Of a stretch of 64,000 bases of DNA, positions 37,856 to 50,720 are shown piece by piece. This DNA is from Leucoraja erinacea (lineage: Eukaryota): positions 34,906,001 to 34,970,000 of the forward strand of contig NC_073391.1 in NCBI RefSeq assembly GCF_028641065.1, read 5' to 3'. Under the pieces are notes generated by a model, which had not been told where the DNA came from, did no database searches, and was given only the letters and a program-made list of their open reading frames with translations. A program made the position numbers and the translations under genes. Position 1 is the first letter of the stretch. Each line of letters opens with the position of its first letter.

Positions 37856-38478
37856 CTGTGGAGGAGATTGAAGAGCGGGGAGGTGAGGTTGGGGAGGATC
37901 TCCGGCGCCGGGCGGACGCGGGGTTACGGGGTTACGGGGCTCCGTTTTTCGCTGTAGTCGGGGAGCCTCGGCCGGCGAGGCCAGCGGACACTCTCCGCCA
38001 GCACCCGACCACACCAGAGGTCCGGCCATTGCTGTCACGGCACAGAGGCCATTCCGCCCATCGTCAGCGACTACACTGGCGTTCACCCTGGCGTGATCTT
38101 ATTTCAACTAAACCCATCGCCCCTCTCTTTACCCTCGACCCACTGCAGTTCCTTCCACAGCCCCGACTCCCTCCCCATCCCAGGACCTTCTCCGTAACCT
38201 GACCCTCTCCCTCGCCTACACATTCCCGCTGCACTGGGCACCGATATGGGAGATACCCGATCGGTATCTCCGTCATATCCAGCTGCTCCCCAAACACTCC
38301 CATCTTCCAGGAATTGCCGAGGCCGTTTCACCCGCAGTGGAGCCCCCCGGGACAGCTGGTGAACAGTGCCCCCTCCACCCCCGCCTCCTCTCTCAGTGCC
38401 CTGGGTTGGTGCCCGGTGCGGTTGGCACCGACCATCCCGGCCCGGCCTGGATCGCCCTCCCTCCCTGCAGCCTCTCAC

Positions 38479-38495
38479 CTGCATTGTCCGTTCAT
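38479..38495 (-). CDS. GGH: GGH-like copy B, exon 1 (MNGQC R)
   Basis: gcagccATGAACGGACAATGCAG|GTGAGA, 17 nt, phase 2 compatible with exon 2. Confidence 0.75.
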
Positions 38496-38557
38496 GGCTG
38501 CGATCAGTCTCTGGGATGTCACCGACCGGAATAGTACAGGCACAGGAAAGGGGCTGC

Positions 38558-38565
38558 TTAAATAT
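38558..38565 (-). promoter_or_regulatory. TATA-like box (TATTTAA) of GGH-like copy B
   Basis: GATATTTAAGCAGCC shared with copy A at a similar distance from the ATG. Confidence 0.55.
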
Positions 38566-40105
38566 CTCCAGAAGCCACGGCCCTCCCAGTGACACGCGCA
38601 ACATGTTGTGAAACCCCGGCCTGTCGGAGTCAGAGTGACAGGGCGGGCTGAGAGAGAAACCTGCTTGCAAAATATTGTGATTGGTTCAAACCCACAAGAA
38701 CAACTACAAACTATTGAAAGTTGCCCAACTAAAAATTCACGAATTTCAAGTGAGGCCGTTTGGCCCATCGCTCGTGTGCAGGATCTTTGAAAACTGATCT
38801 CACGAGGGAGCAGACAGGGTGAACGCATCTGGGTATTTTACCCAGAGTCGTGGAATCAAGAAGAGGCCATAGATTTAAGGTGAGGAGCGAAAGATTAAAT
38901 GGGAACACGAACGGCAATTTCTTTACACATTCCGTGTATGGGTATATGGAACGAGCTAACAGAGGCAGAAGTAGAGGCAGGTACTATCACAACATTTAAA
39001 AAAAACATTTGGACAGGTACACGGATACCATAGATTTAGAAGGATAGGGGCCAAACGCAACCTGGTGGAACTAGTGTAGATGGGGCATGGTGGTCGGTGA
39101 AGGGGCTGGCTTCACGATGTATGACTGTGGGTAGTTCTATCCTTTAGGGACACCTATACGTCGTTGGAGTGTGGGAAGGCAGTGGAGGCCAAATCACTGG
39201 ATGGATTTAAGAGGGAGTTAGATAGAGCTCCAGGGGCTAGTGGAATCAAGAGATACGGGGAGAAGGCAGGCACGGGTTATTGATAGGGGACGATCAGCCA
39301 TGATCACAATGAATGGCGGCGCTGGCTCGAAGGGCCGAATGGCTTCCTCCTGCACCTATTTGCTATGTTTCTATGAAACCGTAGCACCCGGTGAAAACCC
39401 TCACTCCCTCTTCTGGAAGCGCCCTAAGTGTTCAACAAGTCAGCAGATACATTTATTTTCCGGGCATTTGGCGAACAAGTTTCCCCAGCTGTTTTCCCAG
39501 CATTTCCCCATTATAACCAGGCCCAGCTGCCTCTCAAACACTGATGTCCAGATCATAACACTAACACACTATCACTGAGTTGGCGAACGTGATGAGCTAG
39601 CACATTATTACTGAGTGTAAAAACAGAGCACAGAAAAAGATTCATAATGATGTTGCAAGGACTCCGGGACAAGTTGGGCAGGCTGGGACTGTTGATTGGA
39701 GCGCAGGGGGATGAGGGGTGGTCTTATAGAGGTGTACCAAATCGTGAGGGCAATAGTTAAAGGTCTTTTACACAGAGTAGGGGAATCAAGAACCAGAGGA
39801 CATAGATTTATGTGGAAAGGCTGGAAAAGATTTAATATGAAGCTGAGGGACAACTTTTTCACAACGAGGATAGTGGGTATATGGAACGAGCTGGCTGAGG
39901 ATGTGGTTAAGGCAGGTACTACAACAACATTCCAAAGACATTGGACAGGTGCATGGACAGGGAAGGTTTAGAGTGTTATGGGCCTGTCCGCAGACAAACG
40001 GGACAAGCTTAGATGGGACATCTTGGCCGGCATGGACGAGTTGAGCCGAAGGGCTTGTTTACCTATGTTGTGACTATCATAGTAGATCCGGGAGGGAGGA
40101 GGGGA

Positions 40106-40144
<39 letters not shown>

Positions 40145-40611
40145 TTTCACCTGGATGACTAAAGTACGTCGGGAGATTCCGGGGACAATAAATCAGGGAG
40201 CTTTCAAAACAATTAGTCAGCGGAATTTCTGGATAGGCGGAAAACGACGAGCTGAGTCCATTCTTTCTGGTCGCGTCGCGTCACCGTGAAACAGTCGACA
40301 AGTCATCATCTGTCGCAGCCTCTCACGTTTCTGGAAATAACACACTGCTCCCACTTCCGGAAAGTGTCGACATTTCAAAAATAGTTCCGCTTTTTTTAAT
40401 CTTTACAGAAAATCATAAGATCATGCTCGAGCCTAGAGAAAGGTGAGAGAGGAGGGGGGGTTGGGGTGTGATTGGCAATGGGTGGGGGAAGTGAGAAAAA
40501 AAAAGCTAGATGTGAAAAGGAAACAAAATGGGTGTCAGATAAAGAAAGAAGACCCGGTGTGAAATACAAAGCCGGAGGGAGGGATATGGGTGGGAGAGGA
40601 CGTGGGGTGGT

Positions 40612-40645
<34 letters not shown>

Positions 40646-41506
40646 GGGGGGGAGGGAGGAGTACAAGGGTAATGGGGGACTCGGGGTTTGGTGATAAGAT
40701 CTGACCTACAATTCCAAACTCCACGGCGAGCACCTGCCCAGTTCAGCGTTCGCCCAAGGTAGACACAAATAGTTGGAGTAACTCAGGGGGTCTGACAGCA
40801 TCTCTGGAGAAAAGGAATATGTGACGTTTCGGGTCGAGACCCTCCTTCAGATTGTTCTTCCTTATTGTTCGCCCAGGCGCCTGGTAGCTGCGGGGAATCA
40901 CTCACAAAGGTGTTCTACTGGTTTATTTTTTTCTGTCCCTCCTCCTTTTGTTGTTACATTTACTGACATTTACAATCTTCCAATCGTCACGTCTCAACTG
41001 CCGGACTCGAGGCGTTTGGAAGTGGGAGATGTAAGGAACTGCAGGTGGTGGTTTACAAATAAAAAGACACAAAGTGCTGGGGTAACTCAGCAGGTCAGGC
41101 AGCACCTCTGGAGAACACTGATACATGATGTTTCCCCATGAGTTGGAACCTTTTTTCAGACATCGTATGAGAGGGTAGAATGTTGGAAAAGTGAGGTGGG
41201 GGCGGGACAAAGTCTGGCAAGTGATAGGTGGCTACGGGTGAGGGGGTGATTAGCAAATGCCAGGGATGTAAAAACCTGTGAGATAAAGAGAGAAGTAGCG
41301 TGAAATGTGAAGGGAGAGGGGAGAATATAGAGGCAGGTGCTATCACAACCTTTAAAATACATTTGGACGGGTACACGGATACCATAGATTTAGAAGGATA
41401 TGGGCCAAACGCGGGTAGGTGGGACTAGTGTAAATGTGACATGAAAGTTGGGCCGAAGAGCGTGTTTCCACGCTGTAAGACTTTATGACTCTATGAGTAA
41501 ATGTAT

Positions 41507-42165
41507 TAGAAACATAGAAACATAGAAATTAGGTGCAGGAGTAGGCCATTCGGCCCTTCGAGCCTGCACCGCCATTCAATATGATCATGGCTGATCATCC
41601 AACTCAGTATCCCGTACCTGCCTTCTCTCCATACCCCCTGATCCCCTTAGCCACAAGGGCCACATCTAACTCCCTCTTAAATATAGCCAATGAACTGGCC
41701 TCAACTACCCTCTGTGGCAGAGAGTTCCAGAGATTCACCACTCTCTGCGTGAAAAAAGTCCTTCTCATCTCGGTTTTAAAGGATTCCCCCCTTATCCTTA
41801 AGCTGTGACCCCTTGTCCTGGACTTCCCTAACATCGGGAACAATCTTCCTGCATCTAGCCTGTCCAACCCCTTAATAATTTTGTAAGTTTCTATAAGATC
41901 CCCTCTCAATCTTCTAAATTCTAGAGAGTATAAACAAACCAAGTCTATCCAGTCTTTCCTCATAAGACAGTCCTGACATCCCAGGAATCGGTCTGGTGAA
42001 CCGTCTCTGCACTCCTTCTATGGCAATAATGTCCTTCCTCAGATTTGGAGACCAACACTGTACGCAATACTCCAGGTGTGGTCTCACCAAGACCCTGTAC
42101 AACTGCAGTAGAACCTCCCTGCTCCTATACTCAAATCCTTTTGCAATGAAATGAAAGCTAACATA
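41507..42165 (-). mobile_element. Young CR1 LINE 3' fragment
   Basis: Near-identical to the 3' end of the 18062-22480 element. Confidence 0.92.
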
Positions 42166-43024
42166 CCATGTATTGAGGTATTCCAACGCCAATACATTTG
42201 TAAGATTGCGTTTGAGTGTTTAAAGCTTGCACAGGCATGCGTTTGAGAAGCGAGGGGAAGAGTGGCCCAGGTAAGAGTTCAGTGCCCGCAGCAGTCCAGA
42301 CACCTTGATGTCATGGTGGAAATTCACAGATTTCATCGGATCAAGAAGGAAACATGACAAGATCGCCGGCAATTCCCAGGAGCATTTCAGACGTCAGTCA
42401 TCGGACAACTACTTTCAGTGCGGTTGGCGCTTGTGACATCAGTCGTTTTACGCTGGAATATACACAGCTGTGTGATTCAGTGCATGCCGGACCGAGAAAC
42501 AGCAGCGCGCCGGTGACAGCCAGAAGCAACACGCCAAGGATCCATTCGCTTTGCTGGTGCGGATCTCAGCCCCTGCTGGAATGGATCTCTGTCCCTGCTG
42601 GAATAGATCGCTGTCCCTGCTGGAATAACTATCAGACTCTGCTGGTATTTTATTTATTTATTTTTTTATTTTTATTTTATGATACTGCCTGTAAGGGAAT
42701 TTCATTTCGTTGTCTCAAATTGAGACAATGACAATAAATTTGAATACAATACAATACAACAATATGTCCCAGAACATGCTGGTGTGAATCTCGGTCATTA
42801 GCTCATAAGGTCATGTGATAGGATCAAGTCTACTCCGCCATTCAATCATGGCTGATCTATCTCTCCCTCCGAACCCAATTCTCCTGCCTTCTCATAACCT
42901 CTTAAACTGAACCAATCAAAAATCTATCTATCTCTGCCTTACAAAAACATCCCCCGACTTGGCCTCCACAGCCTTCTGCAGCAAATAATTCCACAGATTC
43001 ACCACCTTCCAACTGTTTGGTGGT

Positions 43025-43493
43025 ATTTGGCCATGGAGGAGGCCCAGGACAGAGAGGTCGGATTCGGAATGGGAGGGGGGAGTTGAAGTGCTGAGCCACC
43101 GGGAGATCAGGTTGGTTAATGCCGACTGAGCGATGATCGCCAAGCCTACGCTTGGTCTCACCAATGTAGATCAGCTGACATCTACATCAAATGGGCAAGT
43201 CAGATTTCACTACACCATTTGGTGTATGTGATAATAAATGTCCTTTGTATCCTTCGTATCCTTTGTATATAGAGCAGCAGATGCAATAGATGAGGTTGGA
43301 GGAGATGCATGCGAACCTCTGTCGCACCTGGAACAACTGCTTGGGTCCTTGAATGGAGTTGCGGGGGGAGGTAAAGCGACAGGTGTAGCACCGCTTGCGG
43401 TTGCAGGGGAAAGTGCCCGGGGAGGGGGTGGTGCGGAAGGGAAGGGAAGAATTGACCAGGGAGTTGTGGAGGGAGAGGTCTTTGCAGAAAGCA

Positions 43494-43531
<38 letters not shown>

Positions 43532-43972
43532 GATGGGAAGATGTGGTGAGTGGTGGGGTCACGTCGCCGCTCCGCTCTGCTCGGTCCGCATTAACCAACC
43601 TGATCTCCCGGTGGCTCAGCACTTCAACTCCCCCTCCCATTCCGAATCCGACCTCCCTGTCCTGGGCCTCCTCCATGGCCAGAGTGAGCACCACCGAAAA
43701 TTGGGGGGAAAGCACCTCATATTCCGCTTGGGCAGTCTGCACCCTAGTGGCATAAACATTGAATACACCCATTTCCGGCAGCCTTTGCTGTCTCCTCCCC
43801 TCAGCCCTCAGGCTCTCCCTCAGCCCTCGGGCTCCCTCTCTTCCTTTTCCATTTCTTCTCCTCCCACCACCCTACATCAGTCTGAAGAAGGGTTTCGGCC
43901 GAAATGTTGCCTATTTCCTTAGCTCCATAGATGCTGCGCACCCGCTGAGTTTCTCCCAGCACTTTTGTCTAT
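43025..43972. mobile_element. Penelope-like fragments in inverted arrangement (minus ~43025-43545, plus ~43575-43972)
   Basis: PVAQHFNSPSHSESDL occurs on both strands; terminal unit at ~43878-43972. Confidence 0.8.
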
Positions 43973-44731
43973 CTGTAATCATGTATAGTCTTTCCGCTGA
44001 GTGGATAGCATGCAACATAAAGTTTTTCACTGTAGGTACACATGAGAGTAAACTAAAGTAAACTAAACTAGACTAAACTAAACTAAACCAGTCCCTGTGA
44101 CATCTATGCTCCAGAAGCTCCTCTAGAATCTTTGTCCAGAGCCCCCCACCCCCCGTTGCTCTGTGTGTTTATGTTCGAGTTCACCAACGTAGTTCACCAA
44201 TGTAGTTCACCAACGTAGTTCATCATCCTCACCTCGGTCCACAATGATCTATGAACTCACTTCGCACTCACTCTCCTAGGAAAATGGCCTAAAGTTCCGT
44301 GATCGGTTCGGGAAGGGGGGCACGGTGACCACGGCACACGGGAATGAAGGGGCGGCTGCTGTAGGAGAACTAGCAATGACTTGTGGTGGTCGCGGGCGGT
44401 GTGTTTGGTGGCACTCTCGGCGTGCTGTTCCAGAGTGGATCTATTGGACTCATGTACAATATGGTCTGATTGGATATATGCAGAGCAAGCCTCTCACTGT
44501 TTCTCTGTACACGTGACATTAGTAAACCAAACTAAACAATTTGTTTTAATAGCAGGGAACTAAAATAAGGCATAAAATAAAGCATGAACATTCAGATTTA
44601 GACAATCCAAATCCTTTTCCCAGGGTGGAAATGTCATTTTTTACATTTATCAAGCCAATTAACACGTGGCTACAAACCTACATCTTTGGAGGGGGAGGAA
44701 ACCGAAAATCTCAGAGAAAACCCAGGCAGAT

Positions 44732-44990
44732 AGCACAATGGGCTAAGAGTTCGGCTGGCGACCGGAAGGTAGCCGGTTCAAATCCCGCTTGGAGTGCATA
44801 CTGTCGTTGTGTCCTTGGGCAAGACACTTCACCCACCTTTGCCTGTAATGGAATGTTACGGCGGCAGGCGCGGGCACACCGCGACGCCCTGTGTCTCCCT
44901 TTCAAGGGAGATGCTAAAAATGCATTTCGTTGTCTCTGTACTGTACACTGACAATGACAATAAATTGAATCATTTCATCATTTTTCATTT
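44732..44990 (+). mobile_element. tRNA-derived SINE with a Rex/Babar-type 3' tail
   Basis: A box TAGCACAATGG, B box GGTTCAAATCC, core GTGTCCTTGGGCAAGACACTT, tail shared with 5060-5117; CAGAT direct repeats. Confidence 0.8.
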
Positions 44991-45607
44991 CAGATCACGA
45001 GGAGACCGGACAAACTCCGTACTCAACTACCTCCTCCAGCAGCTCGTTCCACAAACCCACCGAATGGCCTCCCTGTGTGTAAAATGTGTCGTTCACATAC
45101 CTATTAAACCTCCACCCCCTCAGATGCAACCTTTTAATCAGAGGGTGGTGGTATCTGGGATGAGCTGCCAGAAGAAGCTATAGACATGGATATAAGTGTG
45201 ACTTTCAAAACGTGTAGGAAGGAAGTGCAGATGCTGGTTTGCATCGAAGATAGAGAAAAAGATGTTGGAGTAACTCAGCGGGACAGGCCGCATCTCTGGA
45301 GAGAATGAATGAGTGACGTTCCGGGTCAAGACCCCTTTTTCAGATTCTCGAGGAAGAAACTGAAGGCTCTAAGGGAGACCGAAGAAGGGCCGTGACCCGA
45401 AACATCACCCATTCCATCTTTCCAGAAATGCTGCCTGTCCCGCTGTTACTCCGGCATTTTGTTTCTATCTTCTATAACTTTTAAAATACATTTGGACAGA
45501 TATGGATAGAAAGGGTTTAGAGAGATGTGGACCAAGAGGTGGAAAATGGGACTAGCCCAGAATGGCAACTCGGTCGGCATGGACTAGGTGGGCCGAAGGG
45601 ACTGTTT

Positions 45608-46136
45608 TCTGAGGAAAGACATTCTTGCCATAGAGGGAGTACAGAGAAGGTTCACCAGACTGATTCCTGGGATGGCAGGACTTTCATATGAAGAAAGACT
45701 GGATAGACTCGGCTTGTACACGCTAGAATTTAGAAGATTGAGAGGGGATCTTATAGAAACTTACAAAATTCTTAAGGGGTTGAACAGGCTAGATGCAGGA
45801 AGATTATTCCCGATGTTGGGGAAGTCCAGAACTAGGAGTCACAGTTTAAGGATAAGAGGAAAGTCTTTTAGGACCGAGATGAGAAAATCATTTTTCACAC
45901 AGAGAGTGGTGAACCTGTGGAATTCTCTGCCACAGAAGGCAGTTGAGGCCAGTTCATTGGCTATATTTAAGAGGGAGTTAGATGTGGCCCTTGTGGCAAA
46001 AGGGATCAGGGGGTATGGAGAGAAGGCAGGGATGGGATACTGAGTTGGATGATCAGCCATGATCATATTGAATGGCGGTGCAGGCTCGAAGTGCCGAATG
46101 GCCTACTCCTGCACCTATTTTCTATGTTTCTATGTT
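45608..46136 (+). mobile_element. CR1 LINE 3' fragment
   Basis: IEGVQRRFTRLIPG..FFTQRVVNLWNSLP; (TTTCTATG)n tail. Confidence 0.92.
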
Positions 46137-46355
46137 TTCCTGCTGTATTACTCTGTGGCTCGAGTGTTACAGTTCTGTTCACCCCGAAGAAGGCGCGATG
46201 CTCTGAAGAGAGCGCCAGGGATTCGCTCTCTGTGGGGAAGATGTGATGAACTCCTGACTGCCGCTGGCCTATCGGCCCTGTGCCTTTAAGGAGCGCTGGC
46301 CGAAGCGACTTTTCGTCTTATATGGAGTGCCAGGAAATGAGTAAGAGAAAAGGAC

Positions 46356-46397
<42 letters not shown>

Positions 46398-46399
46398 AG

Positions 46400-46518
46400 G
46401 GAGGAAGGAAGGAAGGAACTGGCGGCATCACTCAGTCCCCGGAGCGGAGCGGCTCGGGGCGGCGCCTGTCCCCCACCAACGGACGCGGGAACCCGCCAGC
46501 CCCCACCCGGTGACCGAG
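46400..46518 (+). promoter_or_regulatory. ITPRIP: CpG island and probable non-coding first exon of ITPRIP
   Basis: CpG-rich ~46200-46810, GGAA repeats, strong donor GAG|GTGAGT at 46518/46519. The coding exon has an acceptor 12 nt before its ATG and so needs an upstream exon. Confidence 0.6.
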
Positions 46519-47879
46519 GTGAGTGAGTGAGTGACCCTCCGGTCCGATCCGGCCGCCTCCTCCTGCACCCCACGACAGGCGAGAGAAGGTCCCGCCGCGG
46601 CCTCCGGGCGTTGTGGGGGGGGGGAGGTCAGGTCGGATCCACGGGGCGGCTGCGGGCAAGAGGGAGAGAGTGAAGAAGGCGGTGGGAGAGGAGGAGGAGA
46701 CCCGGCGAGAGGGGATAGAGGGCCGGGTAGGCGACCGTCTGTGGGTCGGGGTAGGGGATCACCACGTGTGTCTGTGTAACTGAGTGTTTCCGCACGCCGT
46801 GGGTCTGTCAACGTGAACGTTTAAAACTCTGCAGTTCAACCCCCCCCTGGGTTTAGGGTCTATTGTTTTCACCCTCTGCGTTCGCTGAGAGTAAACTGTT
46901 TTTAGAATGAGGAAGCCGCACCTTGAACAGACCCGTTAACTGTGACCACCCACCCCTCTGTTATCTCTCGTCATGGGCGAACAGGCGGTGGGGTCTGGAA
47001 GGACACGGAACAAACAGTACAGATGATAGACACAAAACGCTGGAGTAATTCAGCGGAACAGGCAGCATCCCTGCAGAGAGGGAATGAGCGACGTTTCGGA
47101 TCGAGGCAACTTCTTTTAAGATCCGAAACATCACCCCTTCCTTCTTTCCAGAGATGCTGCCTGGCCCGCAGAGTAACTCTAACATTTTGTGTCTGTCTGT
47201 CTTCGGTGTAAACCAGCATCTGAAGTTCCTTCTTATACATAGCACAGTCCAGTACAGGAACAGGCCACAATGTCTGTGCTGAGACCAACTCTTATCTGCC
47301 TGCAGCCTCTAATCTGCATCACCATTCTATTGACTTGGTCTCCACAGCCTTCTGTGTCAATGAATTCCACACATTCACCAGCATCTGACAAAAATAAATT
47401 CCTTCTCAACTTGCTAAAGGCATGATATTTTATTCTGAGGCTATGGCCTCTCGTCCTAGAGTCTCCCACTAGTGGAAACATCCAATCCAGGTCTTTAGCA
47501 ATTCAGTACTTTTCAATGAGACTCCCCCTCCGCCCCCTCATCCTTCTAAACTCCAGTCCTTTCAAACTGGAGTACAGACCCAGTGCCTTCAAATGCTCAT
47601 CATATGTTAACCCAATCATTCTTCTGGTCATTCTCATAAATCCTCTCTGGACCCTCTCCAACGCCAGCACATCCTTCCACAGATATGGGGCCCCAAACGG
47701 CAAACGATACTCCACATGTGGTCTGACCAGTGCCTTATAAAGCCTTAGCATTACATCCCTGTTTTTGTATTCTAGTATTCTGTTATTGCCAGATCATAAG
47801 ATCATAAAATCATAAGTGATAGTAGCATTAGGCCATTCGACCCATCAAGTCCACTCCGCCATTCAATCATGGATGATCT

Positions 47880-49827
47880 GTGAAAAGAAAGAGATTAGTT
47901 AAAACAAAATGTAGGTCCCTTGCAGTCAGAAACAGGTGAGTTGATCATGGGGAACAAGGATATGGCGGACCAATTGAATAACTACTTTGGTTCCGTCTTC
48001 ACTAAGGAAGACATAAATAATTTGCCGGAAATAGCAGGGGACCGCGGGTCAAAGGAGTTGGAGGAATTGAGTGAAATCCAGGTTAGCCGGGAAGTGGTGT
48101 TGGGTAAATTGAATGGATTAACGGCCGATAAATCCCCAGGGCCAGATAGGCTGCATCCCAGAGTACTTAAGGAAGTAGCTCCAGAAATAGTGGATGCATT
48201 AGTAATAATCTTTCAAAACTCTTTAGATTCTGGAGTAGTTCCTGAAGATTGGCGGGTAGCAAACGTAACCCCACTTTTTAAGAAGGGAGGGAGAGAGAAA
48301 AAGGGGAATTACAGACCAGTTAGTTTAACATCGGTAGTGGGGAAACTGCTAGAGTCAGTTATTAAAGATGGGATAGCAGCACATTTGGAAAGTGGTGAAA
48401 TCATTGGACAAAGTCAGCATGGATTTACGAAAGGTAAATCATGTCTGACGAATCTTATAGAATTTTTCGAGGATGTAACTGGTAGCGTGGATAGGGGAGA
48501 ACCAGTGGATGTGGTGTATCTGGACTTCCAGAAGGCTTTCGACAAGGTCCCACATAAGAGATTAGTATACAAACTTAAAGCACACGGCATTGGGGGTTCA
48601 GTATTGATGTGGATAGAGAACTGGCTGGCAAACAGGAAGCAAAGAGTAGGAGTAAACGGGTACTTTTCACAATGGCAGGCAGTGACTAGTGGGGTACCGC
48701 AAGGCTCAGTGCTGGGACCCCAGCTATTTACAATATATATTAATGATCTGGATGAGGGAATTGAAGGCAATATCTCCAGGTTTGCGGATGACACTAAGCT
48801 GGGGGGCAGTGTTAGCTGTGAGGAGGATGCTAGGAGACTGCAAGGTGACTTGGATAGGCTGGGTGAGTGGGCAAATGTTTGGCAGATGCAGTATAATGTG
48901 GATAAATGTGAGGTTATCCATTTTGGTGGCAATAACGGGAAAGCAGACTATTATCTAAATGGTGGCCGATTGGGAAAGGGGGAGATGCAGCGAGACCTGG
49001 GTGTCATGGTACACCAGTCATTGAAGGTAGGCATGCAGGTGCAGCAGGCAGTAAAGAAAGCGAATGGTATGTTAGCTTTCATTGCAAAAGGATTTGAGTA
49101 TAGGAGCAGGGAGGTTCTACTGCAGGTTACACAAAAAAAGCTGGAGAAACTCAGCGGGTGCAGCAGCATCTATGGAGCGAAGGAAATAGGCAACGTTTCG
49201 GGCCGAAACCCTTCTTCAGACTGGTTCTACTGCAGTTGTACAGGGTCTTGGTGAGACCACACCTGGAGTATTGCGTACAGTTTTGGTCTCCAAATCTGAG
49301 GAAGGACATTATTGCCATAGAGGGAGTGCAGAGACGGTTCACCAGACTGATTCCTGGGATGTCAGGACTGTCTTATGAAGAAAGACTGGATAGACTTGGT
49401 TTATACTCTCTAGAATTTAGGAGATTGAGAGGGGATCTTATAGAAACTTACAAAATTCTTAAGGAGTTGGACAGGCTAGATGCAGGAAGATTGTTCCCGA
49501 TGTTAGGGAAGTCCAGGACAAGGGGTCACAGCTTAAGGATAAGGGGGAAATCCTTTAAAACCTAGATGAGAATAACTTTTTTCACACAGAGAGTGGTGAA
49601 TCTCTGGAACTCTCTGCCACAGAGGGTAGTTGAGGCCAGTTCATTGGCTATATTTAAGAGGGAGTTAGATGTGGCCCTTGTGGCTAAGGGGATCAGAGGG
49701 TATGGAGAGAAGGCAGGTACGGGATACTGAGTTGGATGATCAGCCATGATCATATTGAATGGCGGTGCAGGCTCGAAGGGCCGAATGGCCTACTCCTGCA
49801 CCTAATTTCTATGTTTCTATGTTTCTA
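47880..49827 (+). mobile_element. Young 5'-truncated CR1 LINE with intact RT core, nested in the 3'UTR of an older minus-strand CR1
   Basis: ORF 47920-49254 ([33 protein letters not shown]); tail present. Confidence 0.95.
49126..49222 (-). mobile_element. 97-bp Penelope-type terminal unit with hammerhead motif, inserted in the CR1
   Basis: 13-bp TSD GGTTCTACTGCAG; CTGAAGA-A-GGGT-TTCG-GCCC-GAAA-CGTT. Confidence 0.85.
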
Positions 49828-50720
49828 TCTATCACTCCCTCCTAACGCCATTCTCCTGCCTTCTCCCCATAATCTCTGACACCTGTACTAATCAATGCTA
49901 GCATTGCTTTCTCTTTCCATACCATCAATTTAACTTGCAAATTAACTTTTTGGGATTCCTGCACTAATACTCCCAAGTCCCTTTGCATCTCCAATTTCTG
50001 ATTTCTCTCCCCATTTAGGAAATAGTGTACACCTTTATTCCTACTACCGAAATGCACAACTCCACACTTTGCTACACTATATTCCATCTGCCACTTCTCA
50101 GCCCACTCTATAAACCTGTCCAAGTCCTTCTGCTCTAACCTTACTTTCTCTAACCGACCTGCCCCTCCACCTAACTTCGCTTCATCTGGAAACGTGGTCA
50201 CTAATCTTTTAATTCTCTCATCTAAATCATTAATATACAACCTGACGAGTGGCAGCTCCTGTACCGAACCCTGAGGAACACCGCTAGCCACTGGCAGCAA
50301 ACCAGAAAAAGCCTCCTTTATTGCTGCTTTGCCTTCTGCCATCAGCCAACTTGCAATCCATGCTAGTATCTACCCTCTGATACCATGAGCTCTGATCTTC
50401 TTTACCAGCCTTGCGTGTGGCACCTTATCAAAGGCCTTCTGAAAATCCAGGTAAACCACATCCACTGACTCTCCTTTGTCTATCCTGCAATTTGGTTTCT
50501 CAAATAATTGCAACAGGTTCATCAGCCAAGATCTCCCTTTCACAAAGCCCTGCTGACTTTGCCTCATTTTACAGGGTGCTCATAAATACTCAGAAACCTC
50601 ATCCTTTATAATGCACTCCAAAATCTTATCAACCACTGAGGTCAGGCTAACCGGCCTATAGTTTCCACTATTTTGCTTCACTCACTTCTTGAACAGCAGA
50701 GTAATATTTACAATTTTCAA
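49828..50720 (-). mobile_element. Older degenerate CR1 LINE
   Basis: [24 protein letters not shown] remnants. Confidence 0.85.

Noticed and set aside
37820-38303. ORFs as an alternative signal-peptide exon for GGH-like B
   Set aside because: No hydrophobic core. The 37820-38086 ORF is out of frame with NQRPIIG, and the GGH frame has a TAA upstream.
40200-40400. Candidate enhancer (ACTTCCGG ETS site, CpG cluster) upstream of GGH-like B
   Set aside because: Short motifs alone are insufficient evidence.
44728-44795. Possible tRNA gene
   Set aside because: Has A and B boxes but no complete acceptor stem, and continues into a SINE core and LINE tail.
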